Numbered from the stretch's first letter, positions 47,273 to 57,662 are shown. The stretch is DNA of 64,000 nucleotides from an uncultured delta proteobacterium (GCA_963794325.1 CAWCDG010000002.1:288001-352000); one strand, 5' to 3'. Notes: a model not told the origin generated them from the letters alone. Translations and numbers: made by a program.

Positions 47273-48178
47273 TTGAAGATATTGAGAACTCCTGATGTGC
47301 GATTTACCGATCTGCCGGATTTTCCATTCGCGCCGCACTACTGCGAAGTGAAAGATTCCGACGGCACTGGGCTGCGAATCCACTATCTCGACGAAGGTCC
47401 GCCGAGTGCGAGTCCCGTCCTGCTGATGCATGGCGAGCCGTCGTGGTCGTTTCTCTATCGCAAGATAGTCATGAACCTGGCGGCGCTCGGGCATCGTGTC
47501 GTCGCGCCGGATCTCGTCGGCTTCGGCCGCTCCGACAAACCTGCCGAACAATCCGATTACACTTTTGAACGGCACGTGCGCTGGATGAGCGACTGGCTGG
47601 CCGCCACGCGGCTCAGCAACATCACGCTCTTCTGCCAGGACTGGGGCGGCCTGATTGGACTGCGGCTGGTGGCGGCATTTCCCGAAAAATTCGCGCGCGT
47701 GATCGTGGCGAACACCGGGCTGCCGACTGGCGAGGGCTTCAGCGCCGCGTTTCAGCAATGGCTGGAATTCAGCCAGAGCATTCCCGTCTTGCCGGTCGGT
47801 CAGATTGTTGGAATGGGATGCAAGCGCGGCTTGAGCGAGGCCGAGAAGGCGGCGTATGACGCGCCGTTTCCTGACGAATCGTTCAAGGCCGGTGCGCGCC
47901 GCTTTCCTGCGCTGGTTCCGATCACGCCGCAACATGGATCGGTCGCCGAAAACAAAGCCGCGTGGAAAGTTTTGGAAAAGTTCACCAAGCCATTTCTAAC
48001 GGCCTTCAGCGATTCGGACCCGGTCACCAAAGGCGGCGATCTGATTTTTCAGAGCCGCGTTCCGGGGGCGAAGGGGCAGAAGCACGTGACAATCAAGGAC
48101 GGCGGCCATTTCCTGCAAGAAGATAAGCCGGACGAAATCGCGGATGTGATCCACGGATTTATCGCGTCGACAAAATAA
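47273..48178 (+). CDS. haloalkane dehalogenase (DhlA/DhmA-like)
   Basis: [34 protein letters not shown] nucleophile, GHFLQED. Confidence 0.9.
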   Translation: MKILRTPDVRFTDLPDFPFAPHYCEVKDSDGTGLRIHYLDEGPPSASPVLLMHGEPSWSFLYRKIVMNLAALGHRVVAPDLVGFGRSDKPAEQSDYTFERHVRWMSDWLAATRLSNITLFCQDWGGLIGLRLVAAFPEKFARVIVANTGLPTGEGFSAAFQQWLEFSQSIPVLPVGQIVGMGCKRGLSEAEKAAYDAPFPDESFKAGARRFPALVPITPQHGSVAENKAAWKVLEKFTKPFLTAFSDSDPVTKGGDLIFQSRVPGAKGQKHVTIKDGGHFLQEDKPDEIADVIHGFIASTK

Positions 48179-48189
48179 GGGAGAACGGA

Positions 48190-48597
48190 ATGAAGGTTGA
48201 AAATGCAGTTTATCCGGCCGCCGACGGAATCAAGGCACTGGCGCGCGATTCGTCGCCGGGCAAGATCGCGATGCTGAACTTGCTCAAGTTCCGCGCGAAG
48301 GCGGTGTACAAGGACGGGCGGCCCGACGATATCTCGGGCCGCGAGGCATATCAGCGATACTCCAACGCGATGACGAAAATTGTCGAGCGCGAAGGCGGCA
48401 GGATCCTGTTCGCCGGCAGAATCGCAGGCGTGGTGATCGGCGAAATCGAGGGAGTGTGGGACGTCGCCGCGATAATGGAATATCCGTCGCGCGCCGCGTT
48501 CCAGCGAATCGTGACGTTGCCGGAGGTGAATGAAATCAGCGTGCATCGCGAGGCCGGTCTCGAGGGCCAGCTCCTGATCATGACGGAGAGCCTTTAG
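48190..48597 (+). CDS. DUF1330-family protein
   Basis: MLNLLKFR, SGREAYQRY, EYPSRAAF, HREAGL. Confidence 0.8.
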   Translation: MKVENAVYPAADGIKALARDSSPGKIAMLNLLKFRAKAVYKDGRPDDISGREAYQRYSNAMTKIVEREGGRILFAGRIAGVVIGEIEGVWDVAAIMEYPSRAAFQRIVTLPEVNEISVHREAGLEGQLLIMTESL

Positions 48598-48611
48598 CAT
48601 CCCGGTTACGA

Positions 48612-49235
48612 ATGGTGCAGGCGCGGACAAAACCTGAAAGCGTCGATGGACGCATAGTCAGGCGGCACAACAATCGGCGCCGGATCGTCGCGGCGATGCT
48701 CGAGCTGGTGCGGGCCGGCGCCATCTCGCCGGGAGCGGAAGAGGTCGCGCAGCGGGCCGGCGTCGGCTTGCGCACGGTGTTCCGTCATTTTGACGATATG
48801 GACAGTTTGTATCGTGAAATGGCCGAGGCGATGCGCAGTGAATTGCAGCCCCTGGTTTCCGCTCCGTTCGGGTCGCTCGATTGGAAGGGCAAGCTCGACG
48901 AGATAGTCGGTCGGCGCTCGCGCCTGTTCGAGCGCGCAATGCCGTTCAAGAACGCGGCCGACGTTCATCGCCATCGTTCCGCTTTTCTGCGCAAGGATTA
49001 CCAGACAATGAGAAGCGCCGAGCGAGCTGCGCTCGAGACCGCGTTGCCGGCCGTGCTCAGAAAGAACAAAGAATTTTTCGAGGCGCTCGACCAGGCGCTA
49101 AGCTTCTCGACCTGGCAGCATCTGCGACGCGATCAGAAACTGACTCAGGAGCAAGCGCGTCAGACGGTGGAGTACACGCTGCATGCGCTGGTCGGCGCGT
49201 CAGGCAAATCGCGTTCGCGCGAGGCTCGCGCTTAG
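48612..49235 (+). CDS. TetR-family regulator
   Basis: VAQRAGVGLRTVFRHF HTH. Confidence 0.9.
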   Translation: MVQARTKPESVDGRIVRRHNNRRRIVAAMLELVRAGAISPGAEEVAQRAGVGLRTVFRHFDDMDSLYREMAEAMRSELQPLVSAPFGSLDWKGKLDEIVGRRSRLFERAMPFKNAADVHRHRSAFLRKDYQTMRSAERAALETALPAVLRKNKEFFEALDQALSFSTWQHLRRDQKLTQEQARQTVEYTLHALVGASGKSRSREARA

Positions 49236-49236
49236 T

Positions 49237-49779
49237 CTACCAGTGATCGAAATGGACGGCGTCGTTAGTCAGGGCGTTCGGATTCGGGTTTGCGATTAGT
49301 GATTGCGCGGGCGAGGAAGGCGCCGCGTTTGCGGTCACTACATTGTTAGTGCTTGCGACAGCCGAAGGGAGTGCCGGCTCCTCACTTTCACCTTGTTCCG
49401 CAAGAGTCGTCCTGAGCAAGGAAGCTGCTTCGTACGCGTGCGCATCCTTTTGGGGTTTATTGGCCGGATACATTTCGATCGTCGCCGTTTCGACCTTCAT
49501 GCTGTAAGGTTTGTCGTTTGCATCGTTCGGCGTCTCAGTGTGCACCACCACAAAATAACTGTAGCCATCTTGCAGCGTAACTTCCGCGCACCTTCTGAGA
49601 ACGAAGGAATGAAGCGTCTCGGGCGTGGTCATCGCGTTACCGCGAAAAGAAATCTGCGCAGTACTGCCCTGCAAATTTTGAGAATATCCGCCGGAGACTC
49701 CATCGGGCTGATACGCAGTGGCGCAACCGGCAAGCAAACAGGCTGCCGACAGAACAATCAAACTGATCCGCATTCGCAT
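49237..49779 (-). CDS. lipoprotein of unknown function
   Basis: Lipobox LAGC-ATAYQP...GGYS...ISFRGN...RCAEVTL..GYSYF. Confidence 0.75.
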   Translation of the reverse strand: MRMRISLIVLSAACLLAGCATAYQPDGVSGGYSQNLQGSTAQISFRGNAMTTPETLHSFVLRRCAEVTLQDGYSYFVVVHTETPNDANDKPYSMKVETATIEMYPANKPQKDAHAYEAASLLRTTLAEQGESEEPALPSAVASTNNVVTANAAPSSPAQSLIANPNPNALTNDAVHFDHW

Positions 49780-49893
49780 TAGAGTCTCCTCCGAAGTCGC
49801 CTGCGCCCAGCGTAGCATGACTCCAGGGACGAAACTATAAGTTTAATTTAGCTACAATGAGGATGAGGAGGGCCAATGTGGCGGAGATCCTTT

Positions 49894-50460
49894 TCAAAGC
49901 GCTCCCATCTGCTTGAGAGTTTTCTCCGCCTCCGACGCCACGGTAGGATTCTTCGCGCTGTCGCCGAGAGCAATTTTCAGATATTTCAGCGCATCGTCGC
50001 GCTGGCCGTTCTGCGCCAGTAGTTGTCCGATTCTGAGCGCGGCGAAAGTGTTCTTGGGATCGATTTCGTATGCCTTGCGATAGTAAACCAACGCGTCGTC
50101 GGTCTTCGGCGGCGAAAACGACATGTACGCCTCGCCGATATTCAGATAAGCGCTGACCTGCTTGGGCTGATACTTGACGAGCTTCTGATAAACTTTGACG
50201 ACGTTCGCGAAGTCGGATCGGGAGTTATAGTAGAGGCCGAGATAAACGTAGGCGTCTTCGTCAGCCGGAGCGATGTCGGTAGCCTGCCAGAGCAGCTTTA
50301 CCGCGGCGTCGCTGTCGCTCATTTTGATTGCGGCATCGACCAGCGCCCGGGCCTTGGCTGCATTGGCATCCTGCGCGCGCGCGGAAAAAGGAAATGACGC
50401 AAGCGCGAGCATCAGGAAGGCAACGAGAGTCAGTGGTTTCAGCGCGGTTCGGTCTCGCAT
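49894..50460 (-). CDS. secreted TPR protein
   Basis: Signal peptide ending ARA-Q; TPR repeats. Confidence 0.8.
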   Translation of the reverse strand: MRDRTALKPLTLVAFLMLALASFPFSARAQDANAAKARALVDAAIKMSDSDAAVKLLWQATDIAPADEDAYVYLGLYYNSRSDFANVVKVYQKLVKYQPKQVSAYLNIGEAYMSFSPPKTDDALVYYRKAYEIDPKNTFAALRIGQLLAQNGQRDDALKYLKIALGDSAKNPTVASEAEKTLKQMGAL

Positions 50461-50602
50461 GGCGTCAGGTCGTGCACAGGATCAGTCTCTAAATGGTGGC
50501 ATGAAAGGGCCGCGATGCAAAGCTATCATCCTGCTGTTCCCACTCAAAAAGGGAGAGGGTCACGGTAGATGTCGCCGGGTGATTCGACATGACCAATGAA
50601 AA

Positions 50603-51439
50603 ATGCGCGAGACCAACGAAATGGTGAAAACCCATCGCTTCATCGCTAATGGACTCACGCTGAATTGCCTCGACTACGGCGGCGACGGCAAGCGGCCGCT
50701 CCTGTTCCTGCACGGCGGATCGGCTCACGCGCATTGGTGGGATTTTGTCGCGCCGGCATTCGTCGAGGATTTTCACGCACTCGCGCTCGATCAACGCGGC
50801 CACGGTGAAAGCGAGTGGGCCGATGAATGGGCATACGGCTCGCGACATTACGTGTCGGATTTGGATCAAGTGATCGGCAATTGGAAATTCGGCGCGCCGA
50901 TTTTAGTTGGGCATTCGATGGGCGCACACAATGTGCTTGCCTACGCTGCCGAGCACAGCGAGAAACTGCGCGCGATCGTCGCGCTCGATCCGCCGCCCGA
51001 CTACACTGAGCGCGCGGTCGAATTCCTGCAGTCGATCGCGGAAAAACCAGCGCGCAGATTCGCCTCGCTCGATGAGGCGGCGCGGAATTTCAAGGTTCTG
51101 CCGCGCGAGACGCTGGCGAAAAAGGAAATCTTCGAACACGTCGCGCGCCGGAGTTTCTGGCAGGACGATGACGGTTCATGGGTGCATAAAATCGATCGGC
51201 GCACGATGATTCGCGAACCATCGCGAGTGTGGAAGTCGTTGCATCGAATCACGTGTCCGGCGCTGATTGTAAAAATCACCAGGAGTCCGCTGCTTGATCT
51301 CGAAATCGCCAGGAAAATGGTCGCGCAATTTCCCAACGCGCGGTTGGCCGAAGTCGATGACTCGTATCATCACGTGATGCTCGACAATCCGTCAGGGCTG
51401 ATTGAAGTAATCCGAAATTTCGTCGGCGAGTTCAAGTGA
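50603..51439 (+). CDS. alpha/beta hydrolase
   Basis: HGGS, DQRGHGES, GHSMG, YHH. Confidence 0.9.
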   Translation: MRETNEMVKTHRFIANGLTLNCLDYGGDGKRPLLFLHGGSAHAHWWDFVAPAFVEDFHALALDQRGHGESEWADEWAYGSRHYVSDLDQVIGNWKFGAPILVGHSMGAHNVLAYAAEHSEKLRAIVALDPPPDYTERAVEFLQSIAEKPARRFASLDEAARNFKVLPRETLAKKEIFEHVARRSFWQDDDGSWVHKIDRRTMIREPSRVWKSLHRITCPALIVKITRSPLLDLEIARKMVAQFPNARLAEVDDSYHHVMLDNPSGLIEVIRNFVGEFK

Positions 51440-52263
51440 ATTCTCCGCACAGCCACCTGCTCGACGGCTCCCCGCGGCTCCATTACCTCGAGTGGAATCC
51501 GCACGCATCGCGCACGATCGTCTTGCTGCATGGCAACTCGGCGAATGCGTGGTGGTGGGAGCCTCTCGCCCAACAGATTTCGCCGGAGTATCGGCTGTTG
51601 GCGCTCGATCAGCGCGGGCACGGCGATAGCGAATGGGCGCGTCCCGCTGCTTACTCGCCGACGGACTACGCAAATGACATCGCAAGATTCGTCGAGCATA
51701 TCGCACCCAATGCGGATAAGCCGGTCGTCGTCGGCCACAGCATGGGTGGGCTGAACGTGCTGGCGTTCGCGCGCCAACATCCGGAGAGCGTGCCCGGCGC
51801 GATGGCGATTGACGTCGCAGTCACATCAAGCCGCGGACGCGATCGATATCTGCGCCGCCTGAAGGGGCTGCCAGTGGTGACGTATCCCGATCTAGCGACT
51901 GCGAAAGCACGTTTCCGCCTGATGCCGAATGAAGGTGGAATACCCGACGACGTGCTCCGTGAGATCGCCGAAAAAAGCGTGGCACGCACTGATGAAGGGC
52001 GATGGACGCTCAAGTTCGATCGCGAAAGTTTTCTCGGCGGCGACGGCCTCGAAGTTCTTGAGACGATAAAGGAAATCAGGGTTCCCACGATGCTGGTGCG
52101 CGCCGAGCACAGCCGTATCATGACGGCCGAAGCTGCCGAGAATGCGCGCGCGTCGAATCCGCAGACGAGGCTCGTGACGATAGCCGACGCACACCATCAC
52201 GTGATCCTCGAGAAGCCGGCGGAGGTTGCGCGCGTAATCGAAGAGTTCGCCGCTGGGTTGTAG
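51436..52263 (+). CDS. alpha/beta hydrolase (tandem paralog)
   Basis: HGNS, DQRGHGDS, GHSMGG, AHHH; GTGA overlap. Confidence 0.9.
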   Translation: MNSPHSHLLDGSPRLHYLEWNPHASRTIVLLHGNSANAWWWEPLAQQISPEYRLLALDQRGHGDSEWARPAAYSPTDYANDIARFVEHIAPNADKPVVVGHSMGGLNVLAFARQHPESVPGAMAIDVAVTSSRGRDRYLRRLKGLPVVTYPDLATAKARFRLMPNEGGIPDDVLREIAEKSVARTDEGRWTLKFDRESFLGGDGLEVLETIKEIRVPTMLVRAEHSRIMTAEAAENARASNPQTRLVTIADAHHHVILEKPAEVARVIEEFAAGL

Positions 52264-52743
52264 CTAGAGATCGCGTTCCATTTTGCGGTGCGCGATTCCG
52301 GCTTCGTCGAAGACGCCGCCGACCGGGTTGAATCCTTGATTGAGATAAAAGCCTTCTGCTGTAAGCTGCGCGTGCAGGATCGCTTTGCGGAGTCCGCGCG
52401 CGCGCGCACGCTCGATGAGAAACCCGAGGATTTGGGCGCCGATCCCGGTCTTCCGAAATTCGGGCAGCACGGCCATCCGGCCAATTTTTACTTCGCTGTC
52501 GCTGTGCTCGAGCATCCGCCCGCATCCGACGGCGTTGCCGTCGAGAATCGCCAATGCGTGAAATGCGCGCTGATCGTCAGCGTCCATTTCGATTTCTTCG
52601 GGAACATTCTGTTCTTCAATAAAAACGCGCCGACGAATCGCGTGCGCCCGCTGCATGTTGGCCGGCGATTCGATCGCGATCACTTTGATGCGCGAAGTGT
52701 TACTCACAAACGATTGACTAGCGCGCGATGGACGAACCGTCAA
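52264..52743 (-). CDS. GNAT acetyltransferase (ElaA/YjcF-like)
   Basis: IRRRVFIEEQ, KIGRMAVL..FRKTGIG, LHAQ, FDEAGIAH; start uncertain. Confidence 0.85.
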   Translation of the reverse strand: MTVRPSRASQSFVSNTSRIKVIAIESPANMQRAHAIRRRVFIEEQNVPEEIEMDADDQRAFHALAILDGNAVGCGRMLEHSDSEVKIGRMAVLPEFRKTGIGAQILGFLIERARARGLRKAILHAQLTAEGFYLNQGFNPVGGVFDEAGIAHRKMERDL

Positions 52744-52801
52744 TTCTGCTTAGAGGCGAAACCGAGCTTATGCTACTCTCCGAATCATCCAGGAGAACGC
52801 G

Positions 52802-53782
52802 ATGCCACAATTGTCCGAGACGATATTCGCCCCTGAACTGGAAGGCGGACAATGGATTCAGCATGGGCCGGTGAGCCTCAAGGCGCTGCGCGACAGGGCA
52901 GTCGTGCTAGTCGATTTCTGGGACTACACCTGCATCAATTGCATCCGGACGCTGCCGTACGTGGTGGCGTGGAACAAAAGATACAAGGACAGCGGCCTGG
53001 TGGTTGTCGGTGTGCACGCCCCGGAGTTTTCGTTTGCGCGCGAGGAATCGCACGTCGCGGAAGCAGCCGCGCGATTCGGACTCGAATACCCAATCGTGCT
53101 CGACAACGAATACGCAATCTGGCGAGCCTACTCGAATCGTTTCTGGCCCGCGAAATACCTGGTCGATGCGAAGGGACGCATTCGCTATTACCATTTCGGC
53201 GAAGGCGCGTACCAGGAAACCGAAGTAGCTATTCAGGGATTGATCCGCGAACTGAATCCTGCCGCGAGTTTGCCGCCGCCGATGGAGCCGGTGCGCGACA
53301 GCGATCGACCTGGTGCGGTCTGCTATCGCGTCACGCCGGAGCTCTACCTGGGTTACGCGCGGGGCCAGTTCGGGAATTTCGATGGCGTGGTGCGCGATCG
53401 GCCGCATGACTATCGCGACGTAGGGCCGCACGTCGAGGCCATGAGTTATCTCGCGGGCCGATGGCTCGTCGAGCAGGAGAGCGCTCGCAGCGAAGCGCCG
53501 GGCGCGGCGATCTCGCTTAGGTACACCGCGAAAGACGTGAACCTGGTGATGGCGCCGCCGGCCAACACGAGTGTGCGCACGGAGATTACTCTAGAAGGTG
53601 GGCAGCGCGCCGGCGACGATGTGAAGTTCGAAGGCGAGCGCGGATTTATTACGGTGGACAGCCCGCGAATGTACAACCTCGTCGCGAATGAGTCAGTGGT
53701 TTCAGGCTCACTGACTATTCGAGCGGATGCGCCAGGATTGGCCGTATACGCATTCACGTTCATTTCGTGCGTAGCCAGTTGA
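52802..53782 (+). CDS. DipZ-like thioredoxin-domain protein without CcdA
   Basis: FWDYTCINC, GVHAPEF, N.FWPAKYL, HFGEGAY, TPELYLG, YAFTF. Confidence 0.88.
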   Translation: MPQLSETIFAPELEGGQWIQHGPVSLKALRDRAVVLVDFWDYTCINCIRTLPYVVAWNKRYKDSGLVVVGVHAPEFSFAREESHVAEAAARFGLEYPIVLDNEYAIWRAYSNRFWPAKYLVDAKGRIRYYHFGEGAYQETEVAIQGLIRELNPAASLPPPMEPVRDSDRPGAVCYRVTPELYLGYARGQFGNFDGVVRDRPHDYRDVGPHVEAMSYLAGRWLVEQESARSEAPGAAISLRYTAKDVNLVMAPPANTSVRTEITLEGGQRAGDDVKFEGERGFITVDSPRMYNLVANESVVSGSLTIRADAPGLAVYAFTFISCVAS

Positions 53783-53815
53783 CCGCGACTGACTATTCGG
53801 AGGCTGTAATTCCCG

Positions 53816-54613
53816 ATGACAAAATCGAGCGAGAGAGCGAGCGACGAAAAGATTCGCGAAGCTGCGAGCACGATCCTGGCGGCGCGTTATCCGATTGCGC
53901 TCACCGGTGCGGGGATGTCGGTCGAAAGCGGCATACCGCCGTTTCGCGGGCCGGGCGGGCTGTGGACCAAGTACGGCGAGCCGCCGATGAACGGCTTCCA
54001 GCGCTTCATGGCCGATCCGAAAAAGGCCTGGGAGGAGCGGCTGAGCAGGCGCAATGACGAGCTCTACAAACCGTTAACCGTCGCCAAGCCAAATGCGGGC
54101 CATCTTGCACTGGTGGAGCTGGAGCAACTCGGAGTTCTGCGCTTCGTGATCACGCAGAACGTCGATGACTTGCATCGGCAGGCCGGCCAGAAGGCGCTCG
54201 CGGAAATCCATGGCAACTGGACGTTGATTAGATGCCTCGACTGCGGGACGCGCTTTCATGGCGACGCGATCAGCCTGGAGAAACTGCCGCCGGAGTGCCC
54301 GCGATGCGCGGGCTTGTTGAAGTCGGACACGGTCTCTTTTGGCGAACCGATTCCGATCGATGTGCTGAACATGTGCGCGGAGCATTCGGCGAAGGCCGAC
54401 CTGGTGATCGTCGCCGGGACTTCGGCGACGGTTTACCCGGCTGCGGGATTCGCGCTCGAGGTGAAGCAGCGCGGCGGAACTCTACTCGAAGTAAATCTCT
54501 ACGAATCGGAAATCACGCGGATTTGTGACGTCAGCCTGCGGGGAACATCGGCGGACGTGCTGCCGCGGTTGGCGAAAGCGGTCGGGGAGATGAGAAGAGA
54601 GGGGTTGTCCTAG
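53816..54613 (+). CDS. cobB: NAD-dependent deacylase (sirtuin)
   Basis: TGAGMSVESGIPPFRG, TQNVDDLH, EIHG, CxxC...CxxC, GTSATVYPAA. Confidence 0.9.
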   Translation: MTKSSERASDEKIREAASTILAARYPIALTGAGMSVESGIPPFRGPGGLWTKYGEPPMNGFQRFMADPKKAWEERLSRRNDELYKPLTVAKPNAGHLALVELEQLGVLRFVITQNVDDLHRQAGQKALAEIHGNWTLIRCLDCGTRFHGDAISLEKLPPECPRCAGLLKSDTVSFGEPIPIDVLNMCAEHSAKADLVIVAGTSATVYPAAGFALEVKQRGGTLLEVNLYESEITRICDVSLRGTSADVLPRLAKAVGEMRREGLS

Positions 54614-54634
54614 GAACCTAACCCCTAACCCCTT
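54612..54634 (+). repeat. truncated CCCCTAACCCCTT REP copy
   Basis: AGGAACCTAACCCCTAACCCCTT, the same as the first half of the repeat at 9506. Confidence 0.75.
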
Positions 54635-54644
54635 TTTTTCAGTA

Positions 54645-56504
54645 TTAAGGCCGCCCTCCGCTGTCGCGCGCGTATTCCGTGCTGCTACCCGTTCCCTCAT
54701 TTATCGCGCGGCCTGAAATGTATTCGTCGGAAGGTTTTTGCGGCGGAGTTGGTGCGCCGGCGCGCTGGCGGAGCAGGAGCATCTGGTCGGAGCCGTCGAG
54801 CGAAGTCGGATTCGATACCATCACGATGTCGAAACGGTTGCGCTTCGATGCGGGGAGCGCGTCGAACAGAGTGCGCCAGGCGATCAGATATTGCGGGAGA
54901 TCGGGATCTCTTTGCGAGACGATCGGAATCGTGCGGCGGCTGTAAAACGCGACGTCGTAATTGAGTGCGCCGAGATATCCAACTCGACCGTCGTCCACAA
55001 CTTTCATTGCGTTATGGGTAAAGTTTCTTAGCGAGAGAGAGTTGGCGATAGCTGGCACCACCACGACGTTGACCGCAACTGTAATCAAAACCATTGCGGC
55101 CGAGATCGCGAAGAACATCCGCTCCATATTCGGGCGGGTAACGAGCAGCCGTACACCGAGTACGGCGACTGCCAGCGGCATCGCGAGCGCGACTATCCAA
55201 TGCTCGCGAACTGTCAGGACCAGGACGACTGGGAATGCGGGCGCGCGAATGCCAGCCGCCTGGAGGACGTCGGCAAAAGTCGCCGGTCTCGCGATGAGCA
55301 TCGCGAGCGCAACCAGAACCGCACTGCCGAGCAGCAGCATCGACAAACCCAACAGCCGCGCAATCCAGCGGACATAGTGTTGCGCCGGCGCGGGACGCAC
55401 AATCGTCTGCCGGATGTAGATCGCAACAATCGTCGCAAAGGCCGGATACATGCACAGCAGGTACACGCCGCGCTTGCTGTGCGGAAGATTGTAGAAGATC
55501 AGAACCGTCGCGAACCAGACGAAGATGTATTTGATGCGCGGATCGACGGTCAGCGGCGCGCGCCTGGCCTCGACGCCAACGATCGGCAGCAGAGTCGTCC
55601 ACGGCATGAAGCCGGCGAACAGCGCTAGCTCCATATAATAGAAGGGGTGGACGTGGCCCTCGTGAAAATCGCCGCCGCCCGCGAAGCGAAGCACGTTTTC
55701 AGTGAGAATCTGTTTGCGGAAAAAATCGGGACCGCCTTCGATCAGCGCCGCGACGTACCATCCTCCTGCGAGCACGATCACGACGATCGCGCCGCGCACG
55801 AGGTTCATCTGGGGCAGGAAGCTCCAGCGCTTTTCGAAAGCGATCCAAACCAGCGCGACCAGGCCCGGAAGAATCAAACCGATGGGACCTTTGGTCAAAA
55901 CCGCGAGCGCGATGGCCACATACAGGAGCATCCGGCGGTGCGTCAATCCTTCGGCCATCAAAATGAATTCGAAGAACGCGACTTCCATGAAGAAGGTCAG
56001 CGTCATGTCGACACGGGCGCCGGTCGCGGCTTGTAGATACTGAAACGTCGTGGCGAGGATGAGCGCGGCGATGAGTGCGGTCACGTCGTCGAACAGTCGC
56101 CGCACGTAGAAGTAGCAAACGATCACGCCTGCGATGGCGAGGCCCGCCGAGGGCAGCCGCACTGAGAATTCGTTCACACCGCCGGAGAGGAGCGAAACGA
56201 GCGCCGCCATCCAGTGCATCAGGAGCGGCTTGGAGGGAATTTCGACGCCGGCGCGCTGCGGCAATATGACGCCGCCGCCGTGGACGATGTCGAAGACGGT
56301 GACGGCCTCGCGCGGTTCGCCCTTGGTGTAGAGCGGGTAGCCGCCGAGATTTACGAGATAGAGGGCGACGCCGACGATCAGCAGGATTGGCCACGCGTGA
56401 CGCGGCTGCGCAAGGTAGTTGAGCCAATCGGGAGGGGTTGCGTCGCGGTCCAATAGCGCGGCAGGTTGGGAATCGGCATGTATCGTCGCTTCAGGGAGTT
56501 TCAA
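54645..56504 (-). CDS. ArnT-like GT-C glycosyltransferase
   Basis: EPREA, KPLLMHW, VRLPSA, ARVDM, LTKGPIG, HPFYY, SKRGVYLL; many TM segments. Confidence 0.88.
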   Translation of the reverse strand: MKLPEATIHADSQPAALLDRDATPPDWLNYLAQPRHAWPILLIVGVALYLVNLGGYPLYTKGEPREAVTVFDIVHGGGVILPQRAGVEIPSKPLLMHWMAALVSLLSGGVNEFSVRLPSAGLAIAGVIVCYFYVRRLFDDVTALIAALILATTFQYLQAATGARVDMTLTFFMEVAFFEFILMAEGLTHRRMLLYVAIALAVLTKGPIGLILPGLVALVWIAFEKRWSFLPQMNLVRGAIVVIVLAGGWYVAALIEGGPDFFRKQILTENVLRFAGGGDFHEGHVHPFYYMELALFAGFMPWTTLLPIVGVEARRAPLTVDPRIKYIFVWFATVLIFYNLPHSKRGVYLLCMYPAFATIVAIYIRQTIVRPAPAQHYVRWIARLLGLSMLLLGSAVLVALAMLIARPATFADVLQAAGIRAPAFPVVLVLTVREHWIVALAMPLAVAVLGVRLLVTRPNMERMFFAISAAMVLITVAVNVVVVPAIANSLSLRNFTHNAMKVVDDGRVGYLGALNYDVAFYSRRTIPIVSQRDPDLPQYLIAWRTLFDALPASKRNRFDIVMVSNPTSLDGSDQMLLLRQRAGAPTPPQKPSDEYISGRAINEGTGSSTEYARDSGGRP

Positions 56505-56518
56505 TTCGAATGGTTAGG

Positions 56519-56558
56519 GAAACCTAACCCCTAACCCCTTCCCTCGAGGGAAGGGGGA
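56519..56558 (+). repeat. CCCCTAACCCCTTCCC REP copy
   Basis: AACCTAACCCCTAACCCCTTCCC-TCGA-GGGAAGGGG hairpin. Confidence 0.8.
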
Positions 56559-56590
56559 CAATCGCGGAGAGTCGGAACGGCGCGGAACGG

Positions 56591-56794
56591 CTAGTATTCG
56601 GTTTTGACGCGGGCGCGGCCGGTGTCGTCGTATATATAGACGTCGGTAGGATTCTCGTCGCGCGTTTTTTTGTGCGAGCCGTCGCAAAAAGGTTTGTTCT
56701 TCGAGAGTCCGCACGCGCAGATGTAAAGCGGCAGCTCGGTTCCTTCCGGGACTTCGTACGGTGAGTTTTTCTCGTGTCTGATCATTCGGGCCAT
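56591..56794 (-). CDS. CDGSH iron-sulfur domain protein
   Basis: [16 protein letters not shown]; GAGG RBS. Confidence 0.93.
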   Translation of the reverse strand: MARMIRHEKNSPYEVPEGTELPLYICACGLSKNKPFCDGSHKKTRDENPTDVYIYDDTGRARVKTEY

Positions 56795-56899
56795 GAAAAA
56801 TTCCTCGCGTTGATTTTAGTGCGGTGTGACCTGTGGCTCACTTAAGACCAGCCGAGTCGCAGAGTCAATGCGGAGCTGGCGACTGTGCGGTGAACGAAA

Positions 56900-57202
56900 T
56901 TATTCGGTGCCGGCGTTGCGTTTTAGATACTCGACGATCGATTCGCGTTCGTCGGAGCTCAGCGGGGGCATGCCGGCTGCTTGAATTTTACCTTCCATCA
57001 TCGTGACTTGCGTATCCCACATCGACGCCGTCATTTCGTGCGGATTGTAGGGCACGTGGCAGTTGCCGCATTTGCTGACGTAGAGCTGCGCGCTTGGGCT
57101 GGCCGCGTCGGGCAGCTGCGCGGGCTTGCATGCCGAGGTGAAGACGAGCGCGAGCGCGATCGCAGCGCGCTGAAATTTGCTAGCTGGCCGGGATGCGCGC
57201 AT
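56900..57202 (-). CDS. small monoheme cytochrome c lipoprotein
   Basis: Lipobox-like TSAC; CGNCH; start uncertain. Confidence 0.75.
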   Translation of the reverse strand: MRASRPASKFQRAAIALALVFTSACKPAQLPDAASPSAQLYVSKCGNCHVPYNPHEMTASMWDTQVTMMEGKIQAAGMPPLSSDERESIVEYLKRNAGTE

Positions 57203-57662
57203 CGGGGAAGCGGGAGGCAAGCTGCCGGCGGATCGACTCGATGAGCGCGCGGCGATCATGTTCCTCAAGCGGGACCTTTCGTTCAGATTCGGGGCGCAAC
57301 CAGATCGGTCCACGCCGCATTTCGTCAGTTTCGGTGCCTTGGCGTGGCAGCAGATGCCAATGGACGTGCGGTTCCGAATTGCCCAGGCACTCGTAATTCA
57401 TTTTCCACGGCTCGACGACGGCGGCGATCGCTTCGGCAACCAGGCGCATCTCGTCTGCGAGCAAGCGCGCTGAGTCGGCGGGCATCAGGTACAGTTCGGT
57501 CGCGTGGAGCTTGGCGAAGAGCACGCAATAGCCGCGATAGAATTGTTGATCGCCGAGGATCACGTAGCAGCTTTTCAGCTCTGCGATGAAATCGCGGAAC
57601 GAGCCGGCCTTGATGCGATCGATCATCGCGCAGATTCCGCAAGCGGGCGTCGTCGGCGTCAT
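57180..57662 (-). CDS. HIT-family hydrolase
   Basis: CGIC, MNYECLGN..PHVHWHLLPR. Confidence 0.88.
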   Translation of the reverse strand: MTPTTPACGICAMIDRIKAGSFRDFIAELKSCYVILGDQQFYRGYCVLFAKLHATELYLMPADSARLLADEMRLVAEAIAAVVEPWKMNYECLGNSEPHVHWHLLPRQGTETDEMRRGPIWLRPESERKVPLEEHDRRALIESIRRQLASRFPDARIPAS

